A DNA stretch of 25,476 bases from a virus. Below the pieces are notes generated by a model that was given only the letters and a program-made list of their open reading frames with translations, was not told where the DNA came from and ran no database searches. The DNA lies in UHGV virus genome UHGV-1800104. One strand, 5' to 3'. The position numbers were made by a program, and so were the translations under genes. Of this stretch, positions 7,868 to 15,494 are shown one piece after another; position 1 is the stretch's first letter; each line of letters begins with the position of its first letter.

Positions 7868-7880
7868 TCAGGAGAAAAGA

Positions 7881-8159
7881 ATGGCAAACATTCAAGTAAC
7901 TATCACGCCATCTGACGCAACAGACAAATCTTTCACTGTTGAGTCAGATCACCCTGAAATTGTCCAGGTTGATGGCACTACATGTACCGCTCTTAAGGCC
8001 GGGCAGGCAGTGCTGACAATCAAAACAAATGACGGCAATAAAACCGCACAGTGCACAGTCACTGTTAGGGAGGCACCTAAAAGCGTAAGCGCCGTCAGTG
8101 TTGAACCAACTACGAAAGAAGTAACCGTAGGCGACAACTTCACGGTAAGCGAATCCTGA
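7881..8159 (+). CDS. bacterial Ig-like (Big_2-type) domain protein, 92 aa; candidate virion decoration protein
   Basis: AGGAG RBS. TITPSDATDKSFTVESDHPEIVQVDGTTCTALKAGQAVLTIKTNDGNKTAQCTVTV has the Big_2 pattern. The C-terminus (VSAVSVEPTTKEVTVGDNFTV) looks like the start of a second Ig repeat cut by the stop. Confidence 0.6.
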   Translation: MANIQVTITPSDATDKSFTVESDHPEIVQVDGTTCTALKAGQAVLTIKTNDGNKTAQCTVTVREAPKSVSAVSVEPTTKEVTVGDNFTVSES

Positions 8160-8163
8160 TCAG

Positions 8164-8190
8164 AGGCTGCCCATTAACCGTGGGTAGCCT
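8164..8190 (+). terminator. stem-loop after the Ig-like gene, possible weak terminator or attenuator
   Basis: AGGCTGCCCA / TGGGTAGCCT 10-bp stem with one G-U pair and loop TTAACCG, followed by a pyrimidine-rich tract (TGCCTCGTTCTCTCGCTTT). Confidence 0.3.
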
Positions 8191-8226
8191 TGCCTCGTTC
8201 TCTCGCTTTAGAGGATAAGAACCAGC

Positions 8227-9885
8227 ATGAATAAGATTAGTTTTTCGGTAGGGCAGGCAGCTGGCGTTGCTGTAATGTCAGTCAATGCTGACGCTACCCT
8301 CACCAATACCAGCGGTGGCGCTTCCGTCTTTGCTGGGCTTGTAATATCGCGTCGTGGCGCACCGGGTAAGGTACTGAAAGTTGACGATACGACTTATCAA
8401 AGCGTATTAGGTTCACCGATTCACCCTCGCCTGGGCGCGGCATTTGAACCATACCGCCACGTGGAGCGTGCAGTAAAAGGCGGTTCTGGATATGTCGTTC
8501 GAGTTTGCGCTAAAGACATGAAGGTACCGAGTATTTCTGTTTCCGTTGTGGGCAGAGCAAAAGCGGCAAAGGCGAGTAAAGAACTTTCCGTTGAACCAAC
8601 TGAAACCACAGTAAATCCAGGTGACACATTAAGCGTTGGTGTTGCTTCAACAGTAACGACTCAATCAGAGGTCTTCACACCAAAAGAGACGCCTCAGATA
8701 AAAGGTGATGAGAAAGCATTATTCTTCATCAAAGATGGTGATGCATCTCAAAATCGCACGTTATCACTAACCCGCGATAATGAAGAAAGCGAACTCTTTA
8801 CGCTGACGCTGAAAGAAAAACAAACTGATGGGTCCATTGAGGTACTGGAAAGCCACCAGGTGTCCTTCAATCCAGAAGGCACTAACGACATGGGCCAACC
8901 TGCATGGATTCCGACACTGCTTGAAAGCCAGTCCACTCGCATTGGTGCCGTGCTGGCAGATGATGCAGAAGCATCTGCTGCTCAACTCATTTTTGAGGAT
9001 GTAGCTTTTGAAGGTGGTACTGATGGCGATCTGTCCACAATTAACACTGAAGACTATCTGGAAGCATTAAAGGTTCTCGAAGCTTCAGAGGTTAATTACA
9101 CCGCATTGCTGTCACTGGGTTGTTATGACGCATCCGCCTTAGCCGCAATCAAAAAGCTGGCTGAAGATGTTCGCGTAGACATGTTCTATGACCTGAAGGG
9201 CAACCAGACACCTGAAAACGCTATTTCAGAAGCGAAAAGCCATAGTTTTGGCGGCTCACATCAACCAAGCCGTTACTACTTCCCGCTTTCCTGCCGAGAT
9301 ACCTTCACTGGGATGAATGTCGTCTATGGCATTAGTTGCGACGCATTCGTAGCGAAAGCAAAAGGAGTTGCGCTGGTACCGGATGTTGGTGGTTGGCATT
9401 ACGCACCCGCAGGTATATCACGCGCAATTATTGATCGACAGAACATTGCCCGAATTCCAAATATCGGTGCAGTTGATCGTGAAGCGTTCGTTCTTGCGCG
9501 CATTAATCCAGTTTCAGTTGCTGCTGACGGGTCCGTTTACATTGACGACTCTTTAACAACTTACAGCAAAAACAACTATCTGCGATTCCAGCATGTGTCT
9601 TCCTTGATGAACGCCATCGCCAGAAATTTCTATGACGTAGCTCAGGCGATTAAGCACGAACCGGATGGCATTACCAAAGAAACGCTCATGAAAGCAATGA
9701 CTGAATTGCTTGACCGTTACGTTGCAGCCGGTGCGCTGGTTACTCCACGTGACAAATCCCAGGGCGAAGATCCATATGTTGTTCAGGTTGTCCAAAAGGA
9801 CATCGATCTGTGGGAAGTGTCCTGGTCTGTTTGTCCGACCGGTACAGCTCGCCGAATCGTCGGTAAGCCAATTCTGATGCGCTGA
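8227..9885 (+). CDS. contractile tail sheath protein
   Basis: C-terminal half follows the conserved sheath-family pattern as I recall it: DYLEALKVL, RVDMFYDLKG, RYYFPLS, GVALVPDVGGWHYAPAGISRAIID, ARINPVSV, YLRFQHVSSLMNAIARNFYDVAQAIKHEP, and a C-terminal LWEVSWSVCPTGTARRIVGKPIL. GAGGA RBS. Confidence 0.75.
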   Translation: MNKISFSVGQAAGVAVMSVNADATLTNTSGGASVFAGLVISRRGAPGKVLKVDDTTYQSVLGSPIHPRLGAAFEPYRHVERAVKGGSGYVVRVCAKDMKVPSISVSVVGRAKAAKASKELSVEPTETTVNPGDTLSVGVASTVTTQSEVFTPKETPQIKGDEKALFFIKDGDASQNRTLSLTRDNEESELFTLTLKEKQTDGSIEVLESHQVSFNPEGTNDMGQPAWIPTLLESQSTRIGAVLADDAEASAAQLIFEDVAFEGGTDGDLSTINTEDYLEALKVLEASEVNYTALLSLGCYDASALAAIKKLAEDVRVDMFYDLKGNQTPENAISEAKSHSFGGSHQPSRYYFPLSCRDTFTGMNVVYGISCDAFVAKAKGVALVPDVGGWHYAPAGISRAIIDRQNIARIPNIGAVDREAFVLARINPVSVAADGSVYIDDSLTTYSKNNYLRFQHVSSLMNAIARNFYDVAQAIKHEPDGITKETLMKAMTELLDRYVAAGALVTPRDKSQGEDPYVVQVVQKDIDLWEVSWSVCPTGTARRIVGKPILMR

Positions 9886-9929
9886 TTTATAACCCCCCGC
9901 TAAATGATGCGGGGGAAAGAGGTTTGAAT

Positions 9930-10664
9930 ATGAAAAATTATACTGCTGATCCTTTTATGCGTGCGATTTTCGGTTCTGGCTGCTTTGAAAGCGGTGATAA
10001 ATCCACGCAGGACAATAATGATAACGCCATGCTGGAAAGCGCAGGACAGAAAGGGAAGGACACTCAACCAAAGCCCAAAGACGACATTGAAACCGCAATG
10101 ATGGAAGCGGTTGAATCCCGTGCACAAGGTGATATGCGCAGCCTGGCAGCTTCCATGCTTGCTGGTTGGGTTGAAGATGGTGATCCGGAGGCTGACTCAT
10201 TTGATGCATTAGCAATCACTATGGCTGGTCTGGCTGATATCGATGAAGACACCGATTTCACCGATGAGCAAATCGATGCTTATAACGATGCTCTCGCAGC
10301 TCTTGCTGATGCAGCTGTTGCGCTTGGCGCTGATCAGGACGATGTAACCGAAATGATCGACGATGAAGATGACTCAGCTGCCGAACGTGTTTATGACGCT
10401 CTTTCCGAAAGCGACACCGACATGATGGAAACAGCTATTGCCATTTACACCGTTGCTGGTGGTGATAGCGCAATGCTGGAAGCGGTACGTAAAAAAGTGG
10501 TTCGTGATGGCAAGGTTACCATCATCCGTAAACGCCCGCGTCCTCGCCGCATGACGTCATTGCAAAAACAGGCGCTGAAAAAAGCACGCCGCAAAGCACA
10601 TACATCCGTAGCGAATATCAACCGCAAAAAATCAATGCGCATTCGCAAAAAACGCGGTTTGTAA
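9930..10664 (+). CDS. bipartite protein: strongly acidic body with a polybasic C-terminal tail, 244 aa; function unknown (scaffold-like or DNA-mimic-like)
   Basis: ATG at 9930 with AAGAGG about 7 nt upstream. Body dominated by D/E (DIDEDTDFTDEQIDAY, DDEDDSAAERVYD); last ~55 residues are Lys/Arg-rich (IIRKRPRPRRMTSLQKQALKKARRKAH...RKKSMRIRKKRGL). Confidence 0.6.
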   Translation: MKNYTADPFMRAIFGSGCFESGDKSTQDNNDNAMLESAGQKGKDTQPKPKDDIETAMMEAVESRAQGDMRSLAASMLAGWVEDGDPEADSFDALAITMAGLADIDEDTDFTDEQIDAYNDALAALADAAVALGADQDDVTEMIDDEDDSAAERVYDALSESDTDMMETAIAIYTVAGGDSAMLEAVRKKVVRDGKVTIIRKRPRPRRMTSLQKQALKKARRKAHTSVANINRKKSMRIRKKRGL

Positions 10665-10713
10665 GTGACATAGGCCGCCTGCAAAGGTGGCCTCTACCTG
10701 GGAGAAATAGCGT

Positions 10714-11304
10714 TTGATTTGCGGCGCGATAATGCCTGACGGAATAAGTCCGTTAATGAAGGTTTATATCCTCTCTTCAGAGGATATGGTCGTCGGTTAT
10801 ATCGGTGAAGGATCTACCGCAGAACTGTCATCAATGTGGCAATCACCATTTGAAAACCAGTCAGTAGGAGGTTTGCTTGGCGGTATTAGCGCTGCGGCTG
10901 GCTCTCTTGCAGATACGCTTCAGACCGCAACCGGCGTAACAACAAAAACCCTCTTCAACTCAATGCTTGTTTGGGAAGGTCAGCAACCGCCTGAATTTAA
11001 TCTGGTAATTGATTTCATGGCGACAACGAACGCGCAACTTGAAGTGAACGCAGCCATTACAGCATTGCTGAAGATGGAATCGCCGGAACTGAACAATGTA
11101 GCGCCATTCGGTCGTCGCCCGGAGACAGTAACGTTAAACATAGGTAGGAACATAGCCCTTACCGACGTTGTTATCAAAAGCGTGAGTTACCAACTGGACG
11201 CCCCGCGCACACCGGAAGGCTATTTCACTCATAACACGGTAACCCTGCAATGCAGCGGTAACACATCGATCAACCGTAGCAATATCTCATCTGTTTTTGT
11301 GTAG
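10714..11304 (+). CDS. hypothetical virion protein, 196 aa
   Basis: ORF in the structural block between the acidic protein and the putative tube gene. Start uncertain: TTG 10714 (GGGAG about 9 nt upstream), ATG 10732 or ATG 10756. Confidence 0.5.
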   Translation: MICGAIMPDGISPLMKVYILSSEDMVVGYIGEGSTAELSSMWQSPFENQSVGGLLGGISAAAGSLADTLQTATGVTTKTLFNSMLVWEGQQPPEFNLVIDFMATTNAQLEVNAAITALLKMESPELNNVAPFGRRPETVTLNIGRNIALTDVVIKSVSYQLDAPRTPEGYFTHNTVTLQCSGNTSINRSNISSVFV

Positions 11305-11312
11305 GAGTATTT

Positions 11313-11804
11313 ATGTCCGGTTTTGCAAATACAAAAGCCGATATGGCCTTTCTAAAATCCCGGTTTAATAAAAACCTGGCTGCAGGCGAAAAACTTATTG
11401 GTTCTGAATATTGGATGACCATTAAGGGTTACGAACATCTGTCTGTACTAGTTCGTACAGCTCAGTTACCAGAAATGACACGTGAAGATGTGGAGGATTA
11501 CGCCCCTGGTGGCATGAAATTCAACCAGCACGGACCATTACGCAACTCTGGTGAATTTCAGGTCACATGCGCGGAAACTATCGAAGGCGCAGTTCTCGCC
11601 GCTGTAAAACAGATGGTATACGGAAAAGAATATCTGGAAATTACCTTACAGGCGGCGGCTGAATCGAATAGCGGTAACCATAAAGGTCTGATCCGCACAT
11701 ATTCTCATTGCAAAGTGTATTCCGACGCCGTGGACTTCTCATCCGAAGACGTAACGGCGGTCGTTAAACCTTCTCTGCGCATTGTTTACAACTGGGCGGA
11801 ATAA
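11313..11804 (+). CDS. putative tail tube protein, 163 aa
   Basis: AGGAG RBS. Size and position near the sheath gene fit a tube protein; the C-terminus (...RIVYNWAE) loosely recalls the C-terminus of the T4 tube protein as I remember it. Assignment is tentative. Confidence 0.35.
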   Translation: MSGFANTKADMAFLKSRFNKNLAAGEKLIGSEYWMTIKGYEHLSVLVRTAQLPEMTREDVEDYAPGGMKFNQHGPLRNSGEFQVTCAETIEGAVLAAVKQMVYGKEYLEITLQAAAESNSGNHKGLIRTYSHCKVYSDAVDFSSEDVTAVVKPSLRIVYNWAE

Positions 11805-11858
11805 TCCCTATCCCGCCCTTGTGGCGGGAACATCCTTGTTATTGAGTTGTAGGCAACA

Positions 11859-12410
11859 ATGACACCAATTGAATTATTAGAAAGCGTTAAAGAGCGATTT
11901 AATCCACTGCTTGTGCGTGAAGAAGAAACGTTGAAAGCATTCCTGATCAAAGCTCTGACCACGTATCAGGACAGGGCAGGGGTAGTGAAAACGTTAAAAC
12001 TTGAAAAAGCTGGTGGTACTGCAATTCCGTTGCCAGAAGATTATCTCTCTCTGGTTCATGTTACCGACAACAACGGCCTGTTGGTCTATTCGGATGAATT
12101 ATCCGGATTTATTGAATTAGAGCTAACAGGTTCAGAACGCTGGCCTTTACGAATGCTGTATCTGGTTAACCTACGCGACAGAAAGCTGGATGAATGGCAA
12201 GTGCCTCCTGCAATCATTGGAATGCTGGAGGAATATCTAGAGGCGCTTATCAATGTAAGAAATGTCGCTCGGCAGCGTAGAGCGTCCATCGACGGGAAAT
12301 TTGACTACTCCGATCTGCCCGATGAAGCCACGCTATATGCCCGCGTGCAGGAGATTGAGGAAAAAATGTCCTCAAACCGGGCCATTATTCCGGGGGCTAC
12401 CATTTTTTAA
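11859..12410 (+). CDS. hypothetical virion protein, 183 aa
   Basis: Intact ORF co-oriented with the structural block; preceded by a GC stem-loop (11811..11829). No family recognised. Confidence 0.5.
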   Translation: MTPIELLESVKERFNPLLVREEETLKAFLIKALTTYQDRAGVVKTLKLEKAGGTAIPLPEDYLSLVHVTDNNGLLVYSDELSGFIELELTGSERWPLRMLYLVNLRDRKLDEWQVPPAIIGMLEEYLEALINVRNVARQRRASIDGKFDYSDLPDEATLYARVQEIEEKMSSNRAIIPGATIF

Positions 12411-12425
12411 CGCTGGAGGCGCAGA

Positions 12426-13133
12426 GTGAGTATTTTCAGCAGCGTTGGTAGAACGTTGACCACCGCATTGTCATTTAACACGAAATCATTCACCAGCAAC
12501 CTCATTAGCGACATTCTTGATAAAGCCATATCAGGCGGCGGGGTAAGCGGGAATTACAGTAGCGATATTGCCTACGGGAAAAATATTGTTGCTGCCGCTA
12601 TGCGTATCCGTTACGCCCAGGGGTGGCAGTGGACCGTTGAAGTGGATGGTCTGAACGGCTTCGATATGTTCGTGAAGGATATCACCTACAGCAGTGGGAA
12701 CATCGAGACAGAAAGCAAGGTGATCGGCAGCGTAGAATTCAGCAAGCCAACCTATGTTAGCGCCGGACCGGTCACTATGACCGTGAGGGATACCGAAGAT
12801 GGCAAGATCATGGACTGGTTCAAAGAGCGTCGTTCTCGTGTAACAAATCCTGATGGAACAATAAACCTTCCTCCTGAATATCTGATGAAAATCCGTGTCT
12901 ACCGGGTGACTCAGGACGGCGGAAAAGAACTGGAAGAAGAAATGCGCGTATTTCCTACGCAACTTGGGGAAATCACACGCTCACGTGATCAGGTGTCAGA
13001 GTTCTTGTCATACCCAATCACTTTCCAGAAATACACATCCGCAGGCTCAGGTGTTTCTGCTTTGGTCAACGGTGCCGCTGGCATGGCTACAAGTGCGTTA
13101 AAGGGGGCTGTGAGTGGAGTAATCAAATTCTGA
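12426..13133 (+). CDS. hypothetical virion protein, 235 aa
   Basis: GTG start with GGAGG about 6 nt upstream; last gene of the forward block before the replicon. No family recognised. Confidence 0.5.
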   Translation: MSIFSSVGRTLTTALSFNTKSFTSNLISDILDKAISGGGVSGNYSSDIAYGKNIVAAAMRIRYAQGWQWTVEVDGLNGFDMFVKDITYSSGNIETESKVIGSVEFSKPTYVSAGPVTMTVRDTEDGKIMDWFKERRSRVTNPDGTINLPPEYLMKIRVYRVTQDGGKELEEEMRVFPTQLGEITRSRDQVSEFLSYPITFQKYTSAGSGVSALVNGAAGMATSALKGAVSGVIKF

Positions 13134-13222
13134 ATAGCTTTAATTATGTGTGCTGGAGGGTTGCTCATTTCCCGCCAGCACCCACGCCCTCAACGATAGC
13201 GGGTAGGGAAGGTAGCGCAATT

Positions 13223-13518
13223 TTGAGGGCATTTTTTACATCATCAATTCATCTGTAATGAAGGCATTCTTTACACATTTCAATAATATCAATCAGTTAA
13301 CACAGTGAATGATAATAAAAAAGCGCAATAAGAATGCACGATACGCACGATATTGGTTGAGGGCGATTTTTACATAGTCCTTACATATCAATACGTTATA
13401 TAAAAACACAACTTGCTAATAACAAGATACATGCAATTAAGATGTAAAAATTGCCCTCAATTGCCGATCGTTAAGGGCAAATTCTACACCTTGAGAGGGG
13501 TGTAAAAATTGCCCTTAA
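13223..13518. repeat. iteron array downstream of the initiator gene (about 20-bp units, mixed orientation); candidate copy-control locus
   Basis: Units matching TTGAGGGCAAATCTTACACC: direct at 13223..13242 and 13357..13376, inverted at 13441..13460, direct variant at 13471..13490, inverted at 13499..13518 (overlapping the initiator stop codon). The spacers are AT-rich. Confidence 0.7.
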
Positions 13519-14303
13519 GACTGCTGATAGGTAAATTTTATCCTGGTAACTTTGCCGCCTTCCGTCACCTCTGAGAAGACTATTTTCATTTTTGTATTTT
13601 TTTCAATCTCTGCTACAGCCTTCGTTAAAAAACTTCTCTTAAATTCGGCATACCGCTGATAGCTTTTTGGTAACCCATAACGCTCCCGCATCCATTCGAC
13701 GCCAAGTATGGCAAAGCCGCTTCCATCATCCTTCCTGTACTGGCATAAGGACTCATAAAGCCGCATAGAATAAGGATTTGTAAGGCGAGATACTTCGGTA
13801 AAATTCAGCCTTGTGAATCTCTTATCAAGCAGAGTAAAAAACGGCATGAGATATGGATTAAGATGAATAATGTAAGTCCCGCGCCGTGGTGAATAGGCAT
13901 CCTTAATCATCCAAGGATAAGACTCATAACTGTCTTCTGATTCGGTCGATTCATCAGGGTTATATATCGTAACTTTCTTCTCGCTAAGCCCTGAAATGGC
14001 CTTACGAATATCCTTGCTGGCTTCAGCAGAGGGCAAATTATACATCTCTGCATATTCGTTGACCGTCAACTCACAGGCACCTGAACCAAGAACGCCATCC
14101 TTAGAAGCATAGCGAAGTCTTCCCACCACAATAAACAACAGTCGCTTTTGGTCGCGAGTCAGGTGATAAGCAGCCTCCGTGATCTCATTGGCTTGTGCCA
14201 AACTACGACTAATAGGTGTCGCTGACTCAATCAGGCTGACGGCTTTTGCTGTTAATTCCGCTCTGTTCATAACCCTGTGTGATCCTTCAAATGGTGAGGG
14301 CAA
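13515..14303 (-). CDS. repE: RepE-like (F-plasmid RepFIA-type) iteron-binding replication initiator
   Basis: ITEAAYHLTRDQKRLLFIVV, AEASKDIRKAISGL, SYESYPWMIKDAYSPRRGTYIIHLNPYLMPFF and TNPYSMRLYESLCQYRKDDGSGF closely match F RepE as I remember it. Flanked on both sides by iterons. Start is ATG 14270 or TTG 14303, which lies inside the first iteron. Confidence 0.85.
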   Translation of the reverse strand: MPSPFEGSHRVMNRAELTAKAVSLIESATPISRSLAQANEITEAAYHLTRDQKRLLFIVVGRLRYASKDGVLGSGACELTVNEYAEMYNLPSAEASKDIRKAISGLSEKKVTIYNPDESTESEDSYESYPWMIKDAYSPRRGTYIIHLNPYLMPFFTLLDKRFTRLNFTEVSRLTNPYSMRLYESLCQYRKDDGSGFAILGVEWMRERYGLPKSYQRYAEFKRSFLTKAVAEIEKNTKMKIVFSEVTEGGKVTRIKFTYQQS

Positions 14304-14412
14304 TTTTTACATCACTTTGAGGGCAATTACTACACCTTTTGAGGGCAAATCTTACACCTTTTGAGGGCAAATCTTACACCGATCGTATTTAATTGAGGGC
14401 AAATCTTACACC
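14294..14412. repeat. five direct iterons upstream of the initiator gene (origin and autoregulation region)
   Basis: TTGAGGGCAA(A/T)T(C/T)TTACA(C/T)C units at 14294, 14317, 14339, 14361 and 14393; the first four are on an exact 22-bp period. The core TGAGGGCAA resembles the reverse complement of F iterons (TGTGACAAATTGCCCTCAG) as I recall them. Confidence 0.8.
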
Positions 14413-14439
14413 AGCCTCCTCTACAGCCCGCGCCACTAC

Positions 14440-14554
14440 TGGCTCCAGCGACGCCTAAAAAGGATCTAAAAAGGATTAAAAATGGAAAAAGGTTTATAAA
14501 AATACTCTGTGGATATGTGAGTAGCGTCACTTAAGGTGTAAAAATCACCCTCAA
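14440..14554. promoter_or_regulatory. origin-associated AT-rich tract with 11-bp CTAAAAAGGAT tandem repeats, a DnaA-box-like site and one inverted iteron
   Basis: CTAAAAAGGATCTAAAAAGGATTAAAAATGGAAAAAGG at about 14455..14492; TGTGGATAT at 14508..14516 matches 8 of 9 positions of the DnaA box (TGTGGATAA); inverted iteron GGTGTAAAAATCACCCTCAA at 14535..14554. GATC sites at 14281, 14381 and 14463. Confidence 0.55.
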
Positions 14555-14658
14555 TAATCGCTTCTCGACCGGCAAAGATCTTCATTCAATCCCCATCGCA
14601 AATCACACACTCCCTATCCTCTGGAAAATGAACAGATACCTGCTTTTCGGAGGAATAC

Positions 14659-15480
14659 TTGAACATTCCAAAATTCCCATTGCCTTCCCGTCCTGAGACA
14701 GAAATTCAGTTCCACGCCCCTACCGTGAAGGATGCGCTGAAATATTCTGACCTGAACCCGGCAGAAGATGAGGCAACTACTACAGAGTACCTTAACTCTA
14801 TGCAGGATGGTGAAATTAACGACAGTGCTAACTGGACAGTTCAGGATCGCAGAACTGCTCTTTGGTGGATATTTGTTAATTCGCGCCCCGATGCAGTAAT
14901 GACCTACTCCTATGAGTGCAGTCACTGCGGTAATACGCATCATGCAGATATTAACCTGAGCGACCTGGCCCAAACAGTAGAAATACTCACCGTACCTCCT
15001 TACGTGAAAACCAACGTACCAGTAAATGGAGTACCAACAGACTGGATACTTAAACCATTAACCGGGAAAGGCGCGGAACTCCTTGAACGAATGCGAGCGT
15101 CACTTCCTGATATGAAAAGCCCCGAATACAGTGCTGGCGTGGCACGGATGCGGATTGCTGAACTGGCTTTATGCACGGCGCTTGAAGACGATCCGGAGGA
15201 CTTCACGCAGGCCGCTAACCGACGCTTTGACATTATTGAAAGCATGGCGCTTGAAACCGAGTTTACACCGCTTGTGGCTCGCATACAGCTTATGCAAAAA
15301 GACCTACGCCACGGCCTGAAAATGTCTATTGAGAGAGGCGCAAGCCGACTGATCCTGCCTCCGCAACATTGCAAAAACGCTAAGGAGGGTGCAGATGTGA
15401 CAACCACACTGTACGTCCCCTTTCTCAATAGAGAGTTTATCCCATCAATTAGATCTGAATGGATGGCTAACCATTATTAA
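14659..15480 (+). CDS. hypothetical protein, 273 aa, upstream of the tape-measure gene; contains a CSHCGNTHH Cys/His cluster
   Basis: TTG start with GGAGG about 5 nt upstream. Its position before the tape-measure gene would suit a tail assembly chaperone, but no motif supports that. Confidence 0.5.
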   Translation: MNIPKFPLPSRPETEIQFHAPTVKDALKYSDLNPAEDEATTTEYLNSMQDGEINDSANWTVQDRRTALWWIFVNSRPDAVMTYSYECSHCGNTHHADINLSDLAQTVEILTVPPYVKTNVPVNGVPTDWILKPLTGKGAELLERMRASLPDMKSPEYSAGVARMRIAELALCTALEDDPEDFTQAANRRFDIIESMALETEFTPLVARIQLMQKDLRHGLKMSIERGASRLILPPQHCKNAKEGADVTTTLYVPFLNREFIPSIRSEWMANHY

Positions 15481-15494
15481 CAACCTGACTCTAT

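Noticed and set aside
14330-14530. 66-aa minus-strand ORF across the iterons and AT-rich tract
   Set aside because: It lies entirely within the repeat-rich origin region; its sequence is dictated by iteron repeats and it has no RBS. More likely non-coding origin DNA.
13223-14554. Repeat arrays considered as a possible CRISPR array
   Set aside because: Units are about 20 bp on a 22-bp period with no unique spacers, occur in both orientations and flank a RepE-like gene; this is iteron architecture, and no cas genes are present.
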